NCBI GenBank assembly: GCA_020891255.1
Contig: BQFW01000015.1
Span: 434,001-498,000, forward strand
Origin: Entomortierella parvispora E1425
Taxonomy: Eukaryota; Fungi; Mortierellomycota
Reading direction: 5' to 3'
Length of the DNA stretch: 64,000 nucleotides
Part shown: positions 38,831-53,200 of the stretch, in pieces
Layout of the letters: each line of letters begins with the position of its first letter
Numbering within the stretch: the first letter of the stretch is position 1
Made by a program: the position numbers and the translations under genes
The notes under the pieces: generated by a model
Database searches by the model: none
What the model saw: only the letters and a program-made list of their open reading frames with translations
What the model was told of the DNA's origin: nothing

Positions 38831-41328
38831 CATGCAAGACAAGGACAGCATTCCCAGGTCAACGACAGAACAAACTAGGACACACTCTGTTCGTTCAGAC
38901 GACAGAAGCAGTGAAAGAATGACAAACTACAAAAGTCGCAGTAGGAGCATGAGCCGGGACCGTTCCCCGTCTTCAGGCTCCTCGTCCTCGCGCCGTCGCA
39001 GAGACAGCCCCGACTATACCACAGGATCCAACACTAGATCTCGCGAAAGTCGCAGTCCATCACCAATAAGGGATTCCCATAATCGCCATCACCGTGAATA
39101 TCATGACCGGGATACAGCCCCTCCACGAGCCTTTGGAGGTGAAAACAATAACCGCAGCAACCACCATTGGCGAAAGAATCATGAGGTATACTGGATAGCC
39201 AGGAAAGATAATCGCCTTTTTGCCTCAGCCATGTTATGTCAAGGTTTCGGGAGCACCATTTTTTTATACAGAGTCGATCCTAATTCCTGCAACCCTTCGT
39301 TTACTTTCTTTCCATGGATTCTTCTATTTAGAATGACACGATGGATGTCGAGCCCCAACTAGAAATCATTCTCCAGGGATTGCCTCTGGATTGTCTGGAA
39401 GATGATGTAAGGAAAAATGGGCGTAGGAAAGCATGAATGATCCGCTGCTGTAGACTATCTCGACTGACGGAGCAACAAAAATCCACGTGGGAAACTTAGA
39501 TTCGCCGCACGATAGCCGACTATGACGTTGGGGTAGAAACTGTTCGCATTGCTCGGGATCGGCGCACTGGTAAGATGGGGCATCATAACAACTCAAGATA
39601 TTAAGGAGCAAGCATGCGGAGACTATTTGTTGTATGCACTTAGAAACTGATGCCTTTATTGTATGTCGGGATATGCAGGGGAACCGAGAGGATTCGGCTT
39701 TCTGAGGTTTTCCTCGCTTCAGCACTCCCAAGACTTTATGAAAGAATGGGGTCCATCAATCCGTTTTGGTCAGAGCAGAGCCAGGATCGCCTACAGTAAC
39801 AACCCTGGCAATCTGCGGGAAACTCATCATCCCCGGTGCTTTGAGGTAACGAATTTTATTCCGCGTCTTGACTGGGGTACATGTCTGAACGAATGGTTGC
39901 TAAGGCGCTATGTCATGAACACCACTTTCTATCCCTGCAGTGCGGAATGACAGGCGACAATCACCATAAGAGCTGCCCACGCTCTTCACCGAGCAAGCAA
40001 GGTTTGACAGTCTTTTGGAGAATCTTGCCACCAAATTTATCCTATCACCCAGCTGTTCCCCTACTCAATGACGACCAAGATGCTGATTCCCCTGAGGGAT
40101 ATCACGCTCTTGTCATTCAATGCTGCGGATGATGGATTTTTTTTTCTTTTTTGTCATTGCTTCTTGATTCTGACCCGAGTCCTTCCCCTACGCCGGATCA
40201 AACACCTGCTCCACCTACCTGCCCTTCTACGGACGATTCTTTTCAAATGGTTTTCTCAGGCGGACATCACGACACTGGATACAGGATGACCCAGCATTCC
40301 CCAAACAACATCCGCCAACAAGGACGCGCACCCTCTCAACAACAACAAGGAGGGTTTTCCTACAAACAAACCCCGAGCCACAATGTCGGAATGCAGGACA
40401 TTGGTCAGGTCCCCAACGCCATCCTGATAGCGACAGATCTCCCAATAATGGTCAATGAGATGGGTCTATGGGATGCGTTCAAGACTTTAGGGCCCTTGCG
40501 GAGGATCATGATGGCGAAAGATAGGCTATCACGGATCGCATGGGGATTCTGCTTTGCAGAGTACGAAAACCCAGAGGTAAGGAACGCGTTCTTGATGAAA
40601 TATCTGAGGTTTGTTTCCAGATATCAACATCTCATCCCTAATATCAACTCCATTCTGTTGACTGTGATATGACGTTAGAGTGCCACGGCAGCTTTGAAGA
40701 AGGCACACGAGACCGAATTTGCTATTCAAACGCAACCTATAGATGTTCACTTTGCCCATCTTGGATCCTTCATCCCAGCCTACGCCCCAACAAAGTGGAC
40801 GATTGATTTCGCAAATGAGAGTCAGTTGGCAATCTATTGGGATGAGCAGGCGTTCCTCTCTGTTTATGTGGACCCTTCGGCAAAACAACTAGCTCCGGGT
40901 AAGTAGCTTTTGTATCAGTATTAACCTTGCTAAATTACAAGTCTGTATTGGCGCTGACCGACTAGTCTTATACTTATTTTCTTATAGCAGTGAAAATGGC
41001 TCCGAAAGCACCTGTGGATGAACTGGACGCGTTCTATGCGGCCCTGGGTGATGTTTCCAAGGCAGGACCTGCACAGGGGGATCGAGCATCCATCTTCTCA
41101 ATTCCCAACTCTTCAGAACCTACGACTGCCCCTGTTGTGATCCAGGAACTACCATCACTCCCAACCGCTCCCAAACTGGATGATGTGCAGCTAGCAGGTA
41201 TTGCGGCTGCCCGTGCTGCCGAACAATTAGCAAAGTCTGAGGATCGGAAACGGAAAGCAGCTCCACCTAGCATTGGAATCGGAGGCGGAGGAAAGAAGGT
41301 ATGCAGCGCCCCAGAACGCTTTTTTGGC

Positions 41329-41365
<37 letters not shown>

Positions 41366-42344
41366 CAGTCTTGCTAGAGCACCCTGTCTGATTAATTCTT
41401 CATGCTTGAATATCTAGGTCTCAAACAATTTGCAAAAATGGTCTACAAAACAAGTGGAGTTACACTCTGATGGTACGGGGGTCGCTGCAGCATCTGTGAG
41501 TGCTACAGCGACGGTCACACCTGGTACTGCTGGATTTACGGGCTTTGTACCGTCTTCGACCCGAAAATTGGAACAGCCCACAGGATTTGTTCCCGTATCG
41601 GCGCCCAATGAACAGGAGACTGTCCAGGAGTCCAACGACTCAACGTATGACCCTGATGAGTTGCTTGATTTGAAGCTGCTGGCGTGTCTCCTCTGCAAGC
41701 GTAAGTTCAACTCTGTGGCAGAATTGAGAAAGCATCAGTCTCTCTCAGATTTGCACAAGAAGAATCTTTTGGATACGCAGGCTATTCAAACGGCACTCAA
41801 GAAGTCGAGGGGTACGAAGGAAGGTCATACCAGCGCAGGAAGTCCCAGCAAGGCTGCCGCAACGGCCGTCCCCGTTACTGCCGCTGCCGTAGAAGAAGAG
41901 CCCAAGTATAGAGATCGGGCGGCCGAGAGACGACAGATTTTTGGACAGCCCGATTACCCTCTGCCGCCTACACCCGGGACAATGGGTCATCACAACAACA
42001 ACCACGGACGTGGTAGAGGAAGCGGAGTCAACTTTGAAGATGTGGCTGTCCCTGAACAGCCGACCAAGGATGGTATCAAGGAAGATAACATTGGTAACCG
42101 GTTGTTAAAGTCGATGGGATGGAAAGAAGGTCAGGGCCTTGGAAAGGATGGGGAGGGCATCAAGGACCCGATCCAGGCCAGTGGCTATTCTAGAGGCGTT
42201 GGCATTGGTGCCGGCGTGGTAGGACCCAACCCCGGTGGTGCCTCAAATAATGCCGGAGGTGGAAGGAAAGGAGGTGGTGGATACCAGGCTCTGTCAGCCA
42301 AAGAAGTTGCACGTCGACGATATGAGCAATCAGGGCAACAATAG
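38831..42344 (+). CDS. RBM5/RBM10-like splicing factor (RS-rich, RRM, Zn finger, RRM, C2H2, G-patch)
   Basis: RRM1: IILQGLP..|GEPRGFGFLRF. RRM2: IMMAKDRLSRIAWGFCFAEY. C2H2: CLLCKRKF..LRKHQSLSDLHKKNL. Also KYRDRAAERRQ and the G-patch NIGNRLLKSMGWKEGQGLGKDGEGI. Confidence 0.9.
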
Positions 42345-42529
42345 CCGTATTTTCTATACCTCTTCGTTGAAACATAAAAACCCCTCGCATCAATCCAAAA
42401 CGCTCCGTGTTTTTTTGTCCTGTCAATCATCAAATTTATTAATGAAAATGGTTGGAGTGTAGGGTGGGATCATCTTGACATTCATAAAAAAAAAAGGAAG
42501 GGTTTGTTGTTTCTGTTTTGATCTATGGT

Positions 42530-45446
42530 TCAAAACAGATAGAACATCATTCCAGCACTCATCAGCGTCATGGCCACACATGCGACCGCGTACTGGACGG
42601 CGATGACGGCCGCCATCTCACCGCCGGCATTGACAGTTCTGCGGTCCCAGACTTGGGCCAGGACAAAGCAAGTAATACTGGTAGGACTACCGGACATCAA
42701 CATGAGGGTAAATTGAAGCATATGGTTCTTGGCATCGACCCATCCCCAGGTCCTGATCAGGACGGTTTGCATGAACAGGATGCCGAGGGCAGGGGACAAG
42801 AACAGTTTCACAAACGTGATCATGGTCAAGGTCGGGATCAGAGGACGCATCCGGCCCGGTTTGAGTCGCGAGAGCGAGGCGCCCAAAACGGTCAGGCCCA
42901 AGGGGACGCAGCAGCCACCCAGGAGGAGTGTGATCTCGTAAATGAAACTGAGCGGGGGCAATTCATCAAAAGACGGGGCAGGGGCGAGGTTCGAGCCGGG
43001 TGTAGGGAGGACAAAGAGGATTCTGAGGTGAGGGGTCAGGGCCACGATGAGTCCCAAGATGAGGCCGATGGTAGGGGGGGTCAAGTACTCGCGAACACTG
43101 TGGAAGATCCGCCAGAACCAGTGCCAGCCCAGAACGATGTACTCTTTCCAAGACGAAGGCGGCGAGCCCGCTGAGGAAGACGTGACCGATTGCAGGGTCT
43201 TTTTGCTTTGGTAAGACCGCGCAAGCGCTGGGGGTACTTTGGGCAACGGCTCGATGGTCGCAGCGCCGTTGGCGGTGGCGGCTGCAGGGGGAGGCGTGAC
43301 AGTTACGATGGGCTCCAGGGGAATGTTAGACAGTTCATCGGAGGCAAAGGACTGCTGCTTGTTATTGGGGCTGCCAGTCCGAGTGCTAGAACCGGAACTG
43401 CTGCTTCCTTCTGGAGGCGTCAACGATATGTAAGGTGAGATTGATCCCCCATTCGCATCCTCACTCTCCTGTCCGTTATCAAACTCACTGTAGCCCAAGG
43501 CCTGGCCAGAGGGTCGTCGCGTCAAGAAGGCGGGCGGTTGATAGTTTTTGAAAAGAGGCGATCGCATCGATCGACTCTTTGTCAACATACCGCCACCCTG
43601 ATACTCGCTCTGTCCACCGTTGCCTCTGGCAGGATCGCCATTGGATTGTGCCGATCGCATGATCAACTCATGGTCATCCGACTCTACAGTAGAACCACCA
43701 TGCCCATGTCCGTGATGACGCGTCGTACCCGTACCATTGCTGGCAAAGCTCTCCACACTGAACCGTGGCCCATGCTGCCCTTCAGACCGGAGGGCCTGTA
43801 CAGTTGGAAAAGAAGGTCTTGTGCCAGAGTACGGTCCATGCTCGGGCTGATCCAATGGGTGTTGGGGCAAGAATGGGTTTCTTCGGAACCCTTCCACAAA
43901 AGTCGCTGGGGAAGGGTGCGTGGACATCGAAGAGGACTGAGGCGAGGAAGACAAAAGAGGGGGTGAGGGTTCTCCCAAGATGAACGGTGATGAATGCGAG
44001 AAGGCAGGGGACTGTGAGGCAGAGGAGGTCGATCCTTGCTGGGAATCATACGGATGATGGTGATGTTCATCATGAGGTCGGTACCTCATCTCCTTACCCC
44101 CGTCTTCCATCGTGTAGTCCACACTGATCATGGTTGACGTGGCCGAGAAAGAGGACGACTGGGGGGCTCCTTGTGGAGAAGAGCCCTTGCCACCGAGCTG
44201 TTGCCGCGGCTGTTGTGGTTGTGTGAACGGACGTGGGTTCTGTTGTTGCTGTTCCTGTTGATATTGGCAGCGCTGACTGGGATCTGGATGTGATGTCAAT
44301 GTGTCCCCACAGAGGGTGGCTTCACTAAGATTCGTCAGTGAGTTGTTGTTGTCTGGATGCTGGATATACGATGCCCCCATTGTGGTGGAAGCACCATTCA
44401 CTCCTCCGTTAGCGATCGCGTCCGTCAAGGACCCGAGCCGTTTGGATTCCTTGACGTGATCATAACGGATCAACCGGTAGCCACCCAGGGGGAAGAGAAA
44501 GATGTAAAAGACTGCAATGAACACGGATGAATAGGCCGTGCCCCTTGCGCCGTCTCCGACCAGAAACGGCGGGTGATCCGACACAGCCAAGATGATGGAG
44601 ATTGGCAAATCACCCTGAAGGTACCCGAAAGGTTTAGAAGGGAGAGAGCAAAGGTTAGGAACGAGAGACAAAGAAACAGGGGCCTGATTTGCAGATGAGC
44701 GAAAGATGACTTACGAAGTTCGTGAACATAGTAGCAGCAATGATGCCCCTGTAAAGTCGTTTGGGCACCAAGCCCGTCCTTTGGATCAGAAACCCCATGA
44801 TGGCTCCAAAAACGATGTACATTACAGCCACCACGGCCACGTACCTGGGAGATAGAATAATAAAAGATATATGCAGTGGTCAGATCATGTTATCTCTCCG
44901 TCTCTTGCTGGAGCCGAGCCTAGCTCATTCGCCTTCGTCTTGAACAGAACGTTTCTTGCATTCTTTTTTCGGTCTACGTACCCAAGCTCGACCGCATTCT
45001 CATTCGTGACACAGGCCAACATCTTTGCAAAGAGAAGGGCTGGTAGAGTGTAGTTGAGGATCAAGCCTGCGACCACCTTGGATCCAGCAGGACTTAGCAA
45101 GCCGTGCTTGGCCATAATGGCGCCACATCCTCCCATACATATGAACTTGATGATCGGTCTACAGCATTCAGACAAGGGGTTTTGTAGTATAGAGAATGAA
45201 AGGGGGAATGGAAGGATAGAAGAAACACAGCAGGACGAGATGCATGCATGGAAACCGTTAGTTTTCTTTGTAGCTGCTGTGCTGTCGGTGTGAACGGTGT
45301 GAATGGAGATGGTGTGGATGGTGTGTGACTGTGTGCCAAGAGCTTATCAGCCATTATCCTTTGGGCGAAGTCAAAAAAAAGGTCCTTGGAAAAGGGAGTA
45401 CTACTCACTTTGCGCTCGTCCAGAGTAGTGTCGATGCCGCAACCAT
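42530..45446 (-). CDS. Auxin efflux carrier-like / PILS (Mem_trans) transporter with a long disordered central loop
   Basis: MVAASTLLWTSAK|PIIKFIC..LNYTLPALLF..FTNF|GDLPISII..; C-terminal half TPPTIGLILG, LGGCCVPLGLTVLGASL, VKLFLSP, MLMSGSPTS..IAVQY. This is the two 5-TM repeat pattern with P-containing crossover motifs. Confidence 0.88.
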
Positions 45447-45937
45447 TAGCAGTTATGTTTACTTGTTGTCCGAGATGTGTTGTTCTCCAATGGTATAGGA
45501 TACGGCTATCCGCGTCGACCGATGTCGCGAAAAATAAACCAAGAATTGTTCTGATGGTTGTTAATTTTTTTCCCTTTCTTTTTGGGTTGGTATTGAATGT
45601 CTTTTGTTGTGGCTTTCTGAGGTATGTCTGTGGTGATGGATGGGTTGGATGAGCGTTTAGGTGGGTGTGGGTTCTCTCAAGGAGGTTTGGCTTTGGTGAA
45701 GAGAGGCCCTAGAAGGTCGTAGCGAAAGAGGGACCGAATGATGGGATGGCAGAGGGGTATAAAATCTGTGCAGACGCGCTTCTAGCAAAAAGATTGTTGC
45801 TTCCGAGAGAGAGGGGGGCGGGTATATAGGGTCCACGAAGTCCTGTTGTCGTTTTATATTTTGAATGAAAAACCCTATTCGTGTGGAGGGCGTTGGAGTA
45901 TTGTTCGGGGGGGAAGAGCAAGGGAAAGAGAGAGAGC

Positions 45938-45968
<31 letters not shown>

Positions 45969-48900
45969 TTATCAGCTGATTAGGTACAAGAAGGCATGCA
46001 TTAGACCGGAGAGGAACAATGGGTTGGACAAGGGCGTAAAAAAAGACTCGGTTCACCCCGGCAGATCATGGCTCCATCGTGCTGAGAAGACCCCACCCTT
46101 TGGTGGTCGTCACCAAAGGTTACTGGGCTCTGAATGAATGGAATGAATGGACAGGTTGAGGAGGTTTGCACAAACAAAAAGCCCGCGGTGGTTGTTCGAA
46201 GAGTGAACGGGAAGAACTAGCCCAGAGCCCGAACGCACTCATTCCATGGAGGGACGTGAAGTGAGCTCTGCTTGCCTTTCTCTCTCTCTCTCTCTCTTAG
46301 CCAGGTTATCCCAAAGGCAGCTCCTTTTGTCTCTAAAGGAGAAACGGATCTGCCCGAGTCATTGACTTTCCCCCTTCCTTTTTTCTTTTCCTACTTTGAC
46401 CCTTTTGTCCTCCTCCTCGAGATTATATAAACAGTTGTCAACAAAGGGGGTTTGCGTGAACATGGTATATTGAAGGAGGGGCACACAAGAGGGGGTCAAG
46501 GTTTGTAGACGATGAAAGAGCAAAAAAATAAAATCAAAACAGCCAGTTTTCTTTGTGGGATGAGAATCAAGTCCTTGATGGGTGACAGGCATGGCCAGCA
46601 ACCATGGATCGCTGGTAAACCCAATTCATCCCTTCAGGAACCGAGGGCGAGGGAGGGCTGAAAAGTGGGGTTGGAACAAGAAATTATTGACACAAAAAAA
46701 AAAATTGCAGATCTCCATGCTGTCTGCCCTGTCTGAATGCCAATATAGGTCCGACAAAATAAATCGCCGCGCCAATGACGACGACCATGCATTCGGGACA
46801 GCTCGGAAAGGGAAGGGTATCTGAACCAGAGTATGTCTGTCGACAAGGTGTTTGCAGAATGGTCGACGGTGGGACAAGAGACAGAGAGAGAGAGAGATCA
46901 CAAAGGAAAAGAATGGCTGAGAATTTGGTGTGGTGATTGGGCTTACGCTGTGGATCGACTGTGTCGGCGGGTGATAGGCGGGCCCTACTGGTGACAAGGC
47001 AGAAGACAGGGGATCGATAGAGGAGAGGAAAAACTGGGGGAGAAGAGGGGGGACGTGCCAGTGAAGACAATCGTGCAAGTGAGCAAAAGTGGAAACGAAG
47101 GCAAAGAGTTTCTGAAGGAGAAAACGATGGACAAATTCGTGCAGCAATGGATATAGTTAGGTGCGGCTTTTCAGTACGAAATCTGATGAGAAAGGAAGAA
47201 AAGGGGGAGTGAGACAAGGATTAGAAAAGGGAACCAGCGTGGATGCTATGTGGATAAAGAGACAAGGGCTGGGAGAGTCGATAAGGAAAGGACAGTCCAG
47301 CTGTACCGTTTGGGCGAAAAGGGATGGAGAGAGAGAGAGAAAAGGGTAGAGAAACAAAAGAGAGTGAAGCCAAAAGGACAGCGGCGGTACAAAGTGCAAG
47401 ATGGCGGTGGGGCGGAGAGACACAACGATCGGGGATTCTATGGTTGAACGAGCGAGTGAACGGACAGATGAGCGGATGGACGCGTGCTCGCTGAAAGAAG
47501 TTCGAGTTTTTCCGTATCTTGGGTGCTTTGTACACTTTCTTGACCTCCAGCATTGTTTCGAGGCTCCTGCGTGGTTGCTTTTGGACGTCCTTGAGCGCGT
47601 TGGGGCTGGCGACGAGGATGCACCCGTTCAACTTCTACATTACCTCGAAATCCTTGTGGACTCCTCCTTTTTGCCTCCGTCTCTTTGTTGCAAGCACCCG
47701 TCTCCTCTACTTCCCTTGCTCTCCTTCTCTCCCTCTCTCTCCCTTTTCTTCATAGAAGACCATGCGTGCCTGTTTGACCCTTTTCCGCTGTATTAATACC
47801 TGTCCAACTTTCTCTCTTAAAATGTCCAGCATCCTACTCCTCCTTGATTTCCGCTCTGTCCAACTCTCACGCTTTGCTGCCTACCCTTCCTTCACACGCT
47901 GCACCCCGTCTGCTCTCTTGTTTGCCTTTTCTTTTCTTTTCACGATAAACATTGCCTGCCTCCTGGCCCTTTATTATTTTTTTGGCTGACGGATACGGTT
48001 GTTTGGCCCCCTTTCCTCTCTTTTCTGGTACAATTAACAACGGGTCCAAGGAATGATAGCAAACCATGCCCTCTGTTTACAACCCACAATTGGACGCGCT
48101 TTGTATCACGCTACCCACAAGAGCACAGACCTGGAAGGAAAATGAGTTTGGATCGACAATTTTTTCTCCCTTTTTTTTTATGAACCTGCTTGCTGCTCCT
48201 TCTTTGAGCTCTGCGGTCACAGCAATTGTGCTTAGACAAATATCCCAATATCCCCAAGGTCGAGCCACCTAACCATGGCTCCCCTTTCCTGCTGTGTCCA
48301 GCTGGTGAGGTTACTCCACATCAATGGTAGGCTCGGCTAAACCAACAGCCATTTCCCGCCCGATTACAGAGCTACACAGCTTTTAAGACGAAAGATAGCC
48401 TCGAGCTACTATCGGACGGAAGAGAAACTGTCAAAGGTGCTGATCTTGGATATTCCAACATCACTGAAATAAAATGAATCGATGCTTAATGGTATGAAAA
48501 ATACATGTATTGCAGTTTGGGTTGTCTAAAATGAGATGGGATCGTATTGGTAACATCCCAGGCTCGTCTCCTCCTCTCCTCGATTCTCCTTAATGGCTGA
48601 GGTACTTGCGACCCTTCTGGAGTCTGCTCAAGATAACCTTGCGTCCTCCCCTTGACTTCATTCTAGCCAAGAAACCGTGGCGACGCTTACGAACACGCTG
48701 TGATGGCTGGTACTCACGACCGTATGTGACAAAGCGAGCTTGACTTGATCTAAACGCATGTTCAAAACGTTGATTCCATCGTTAGCTTTGAGTTTTGAAC
48801 AATCAAGCGAACGAGGGAGAAAGAGAGTGGCGAGAGATGGGCTAATCATTGCGATGCACTGCGTCTGTGTTGCTCCCTCAATCTTGACCACTTGTCCAGC

Positions 48901-50214
48901 AAAAATCCTTGAGCCGATCTCCATATTCGTCGTGACCTCCATGATCTTCTGTGCAGATCTGCGAAAGAGCCAGTGCGGATGGAAGTCTGAACGCTCTCCT
49001 TTGAGCAAGATCCATATCAAATGCAGAATACTCCGTCATTCACTGCTGCGATAATTCCTGCGTCCATGATAGTCTTCCCACCCGGAATGCTCCCGGGTCT
49101 ACTCCTCTGCTCCTGTATTTGTCCTTGGCCGTGTCCGTGTCCGTCCGTAGGCATAGCATCCTATGAAAGTGTCTTACCCAAAGACGTTGGGAAGACGGAA
49201 TCCGGTCAAGGTAGCAAAGATGGAGCTGGGGGTTGTGCAGGAGAGGGCGACAGCGGGCGAAGGCGCAGCGGCCATGGCTGTGAACTGCGTCCTATTTACA
49301 TGTAAAGAGCAAAGCATGCGATGGATTGGTTAGCTCCGAGATGGAATATTCAAGATGCTGCTTCCTATCGAATTGGATGTGTTGGCAGAGTGGGGGTTAG
49401 GGTTATTTACCTGGCAACGGGGGCCAGCTTTGTGCGGAGGGAGGTGAATGCGGCGAACATGTCGTGTAAGTGAGGAGCAATGGATGGATGGATGCCTCTG
49501 CCTTCTTCAATGCAATGGGTGGCCCCCCGTTCCTGTGTTGTGTTCGCCACCAAATCAGGGACAGTCACCGCGGACAAGCCACTCGGAGGAAGACAAGTAG
49601 ATCGCAGTTGCTGTGCTGGAGATCAAATTCAAGATAAGGTCAAATTTCCTGTATCAAAATAAATTGTTATCTATCCTCTATCCAAAGTGTCTTGAGTTGT
49701 GCACGTAACATGAGTGGGGCTGCTTGCACTTCGTACGATGGAAATCGATCGAATCAAACTAAACTCAAAGAGGACTGGCACCGGCAGGGCTGCTGGTAAA
49801 CAGACTGGTTTTTGTATGCTTGGGCTGGGCAGCTCGTTTTTATCTTGATTTTTTTGGGGGGGAAGAGAAGTTGTGGGGGCGAGCTCGAAAAAATTTCCCA
49901 ATTGGCCAGAGCGATGAGAGCGGGCACGTCCGCACACAGAGCAAAGCGAACACAGGAACAGAGACGCCAAGGGAGGGCACACGCTCGCTCGGATGGAGGC
50001 GAATGATGGGGGAAGCAAGTGGAGGTGGGGGAGAGAGGACCCTTCTTTGAGGATTCATTCTCCTTCGATCCTTCGTTTCTCTGTTCCTCCTTCACTTTCT
50101 TTTCCGTGCACAACCTGTTATCTTTCCTTCCTTCCTTCCTTCCTGTCTCACACTCCCTTTTTCCCTGCACACGCACATACTCGCATACTCACATACTTGC
50201 ATACTTGCACAACA

Positions 50215-53200
50215 ATGCCACCGACAATCTCGCTTGCATTGCAGCCACCGTCCTGCCATGCTGTCCTCGCTTTCTCCTCTTCCTCCTCTTCCGCTTCTTC
50301 CTTCCGTACACGCCATTCTTCCTCCTCCACCTCCTCACTCCAGTCGGCCTCCTCCTCGGCCCCGGCAAGACCGACAACCGACGCTCCATTGTCTCTCCAT
50401 TCTGGAACATGCCCCTCTGCCTGCCCTGCCCTGGTCCGTTCCCCGCTCTCCCGCTCGGTCTCTCTCTCAACAAACTTGTCTGCATTGGCAGCCTCTTCTC
50501 CCTCCACCAATCCTTCGTCCACTTCTGCACAAATTGGATCCTCCTCCCAATCGCCTGCATCGAGCAACTCGAACATTACTGCGTCTTCAGGTACAGTTGG
50601 TTCTACATTCATCTCGCCTCCTTTGTGTCACAAACCCGTCGTCCTTTCGCCAAACCACACAGCTCGATCTCTCTTTGGAATGGCGGCAACTTTACTGTGA
50701 ATGTCAAAAGTGCAATCTCGATTGAAAAAAAGAAAAGGAAAACTACAACGTTCGCTCTCTGTGAAAAATCAAGGACACAGCACAACCTGTTCGTCTTCTC
50801 GGAGGGACAATGTTTGTCCAGCCATCCCACAAGTCCACCTTCGCTTGAACTATTGCACAGAAGTAACGGGAAAAGGAAAAAGGACGAAATCATATCAACA
50901 GCGCGAGCCCACAGCTTGCAATGCTCTCTTCCTCCACATCATCCGGACACTGCCTGTACATAACCTGCTTCGGGAGGGGGGCCAACGCAACAAACAGCCT
51001 TCGGGGGATGGGCGTATTGGTTGATATTTTGGCCGCGGAAGGCCATGCAAGCAACAAACAGGCACGATGATGATACTCACCAATGCTTCCTCTCTCTGTT
51101 CTCTCTCTCTGCTTTCCTCCGTTCCTTTTCTTCTTCTGCCCATGCCTTCCTCTTCGCTCCTGTCGCTCCTCATTGCATTTCTCTTTTCCCTCCCCTCGTT
51201 TGCTTCCCAATCATCATTATCAAATCAATTCCGATCCACACTCTATCCGTCTGCCGTAACAGATACAGGCGCCTCCGCTGCCTCCACTACTACCCCCAAT
51301 ATCAACAGCAGCAGTGTTATCTGGAAAGGTAAAAGAAAAATCATTCCAGTCCCTCACCTGTTTCGATTGTTCCGCTCGCCACTTGTGGTTCTCGATTTCT
51401 TCATACTATGGATATTTGTCGAGCAATGGTAAAACTGACTAGACTGCCGTTCTTTTTGTCATTATCTCTTTCTCTCTCTCCGCTCCCCTCGCCTTATTTA
51501 GCGTACTCGCGGGTGAAGCAGACCATTGCCGATAATCAGCCCAAGCCCCTCGAGACCATGAGCGAATATTGGCACTCGTTGAGTTCACCCAGGCCGCAGG
51601 ACCTGTTACTGCAGCAATCTGACTCGACTCCTGATGTGCCACCCTCCGTCCTTGCATCATCTTCCGACCTGTCCAGTGGACGGACCAACAACTGCAATAT
51701 CAGCATCTCTGAAATGGAGCCTGATAGCAGCAATAGCCCCTGCAGCACCCCATCACCCGTCTTATCGCAGTCCACCTCCACCTCCACTTCCACTAGGAAG
51801 CCGCCAACATCCACCCTCCCCTCTCTTTCTTCCGCATCACCTTCCACTTCACAACCATCATCATCATTATCACCAACAACACTATCATCATCATCATCAC
51901 CATTATCGCCCGCATCCTTATCCGCCACCTCTACCATCATGCCCCGGATATCCCTCCCCTCTCAGGCTTATAACTACTATGCCGCCTCGACCTTGCAAAC
52001 GACAACTCTGGTCCGATCTGCGAGTGAACAGGGCAGATTATTGGCACAACGCTCCAAAACTTCTCTGAATCGATTGTTGGACACCGTCATGGACAATGCT
52101 ACCAGTCTCGCAGAGTCGAGCGCTGCCCACGAGTCTTATTCCGAGGGAGATGATGAAGTGCGTCCCCTCCGGAGGACTGTTCAGGCCGCTACCGCTGCCA
52201 CCACCACCGCCACTACCTCTGTCCCTTCCCGTCGTCCGGCTTTGCAGCGCCAGAGCACATCAAGGGCAAAGTTCTTTGTCTGTGAAGACAGTGATGAGGA
52301 CGACGACGACGAGGCAGCAGAGGAGGCTATATTCAGGATCAGGATCGCACAGGCCAGGTCAAAACAACAGCAGCAACAACAGCAACAACAAGCATCTCGG
52401 TCTAATTCGTCCCCCAAATTCCCTTTGGGGAACAACAACCAGGAGGAGGTGGATGGCGCTGACGGTGATAATGAACGTGAGGAACCCATTGACGAGGACG
52501 AAGAAGAGGAAGAGGAAGAAGAGTCCTACTTCACCCCCAAAAAGCCCGCCCTCTCACCGTCCGTGGAACGTCGCCGCAAGTCCTCCTCCCTTCTGTCAGA
52601 CCTGTTGATGGCCGAAAAGCAGCAGCAGCTTCAGCTTCAAAATCAACTGGGCATGACACCCTCGAGCCCAACCTGCACCAGGACCAGCACCGACATGGAT
52701 TGCAATCACGACGGCTGCCTTTCGGGCTCGCCTTGTCCGAGCGCCACCAATTCCGATGGCGAGACGATGATGATGGGCATGGGCCCACATACTGGCGTCC
52801 AAGGTGGTGGAGGTGGCCTTGCCAGGACCACCTCGTTCACAAGCAACCTTCACCAGCTTCAACATCATCAGCAAGCGAACGGCACCTCTTCCCCATCGGC
52901 CTTGATGGCTGATGGCCCTCAAAAGGCCAAATCGCCTTTGGTCCGCACCAAGAAGGTGTTCAAGAACTTGGACGGACTTGCCATCACCACCCTGAACGCA
53001 GCCCACCACCACCCCAATAACAACAACAACAACACTCCACTCACCTCTAATTGTACAGTATCATCCCCTTCTTCCATCTCTGCATCTTCATCCCCTTGCT
53101 CATCTTCATCCTCCTCGCCCTTGTCTCCCGCACCCACCGCATCGAATGCTCTCCCCTCCACCAAGCCTGCCGCAAACCCTTCCGCGGGCTGGACCCGAGC

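Noticed and set aside
42518-43174. Long antisense ORFs over real genes (e.g. 42518..43174, 10194..10931, 34249..34800)
   Set aside because: These are shadow ORFs opposite well-supported coding sequence, with no independent motifs.
48700-49200. Possible in-frame TGA (selenocysteine) reading FCI*YGSC on the minus strand
   Set aside because: No similarity to a known selenoprotein family and no SECIS recognised.
49404-49450. U1 snRNA-like start (ATTTACCTGGCA)
   Set aside because: No U1-70K loop (GATCACGAAG), no SL2 and no Sm site at the expected spacing.
50019-50963. 314-aa hydrophobic ORF and other overlapping ORFs at 50.0-50.9 kb
   Set aside because: These are alternative frames of the CT-rich, Ser-encoding first exon and intron of the 50215 gene.
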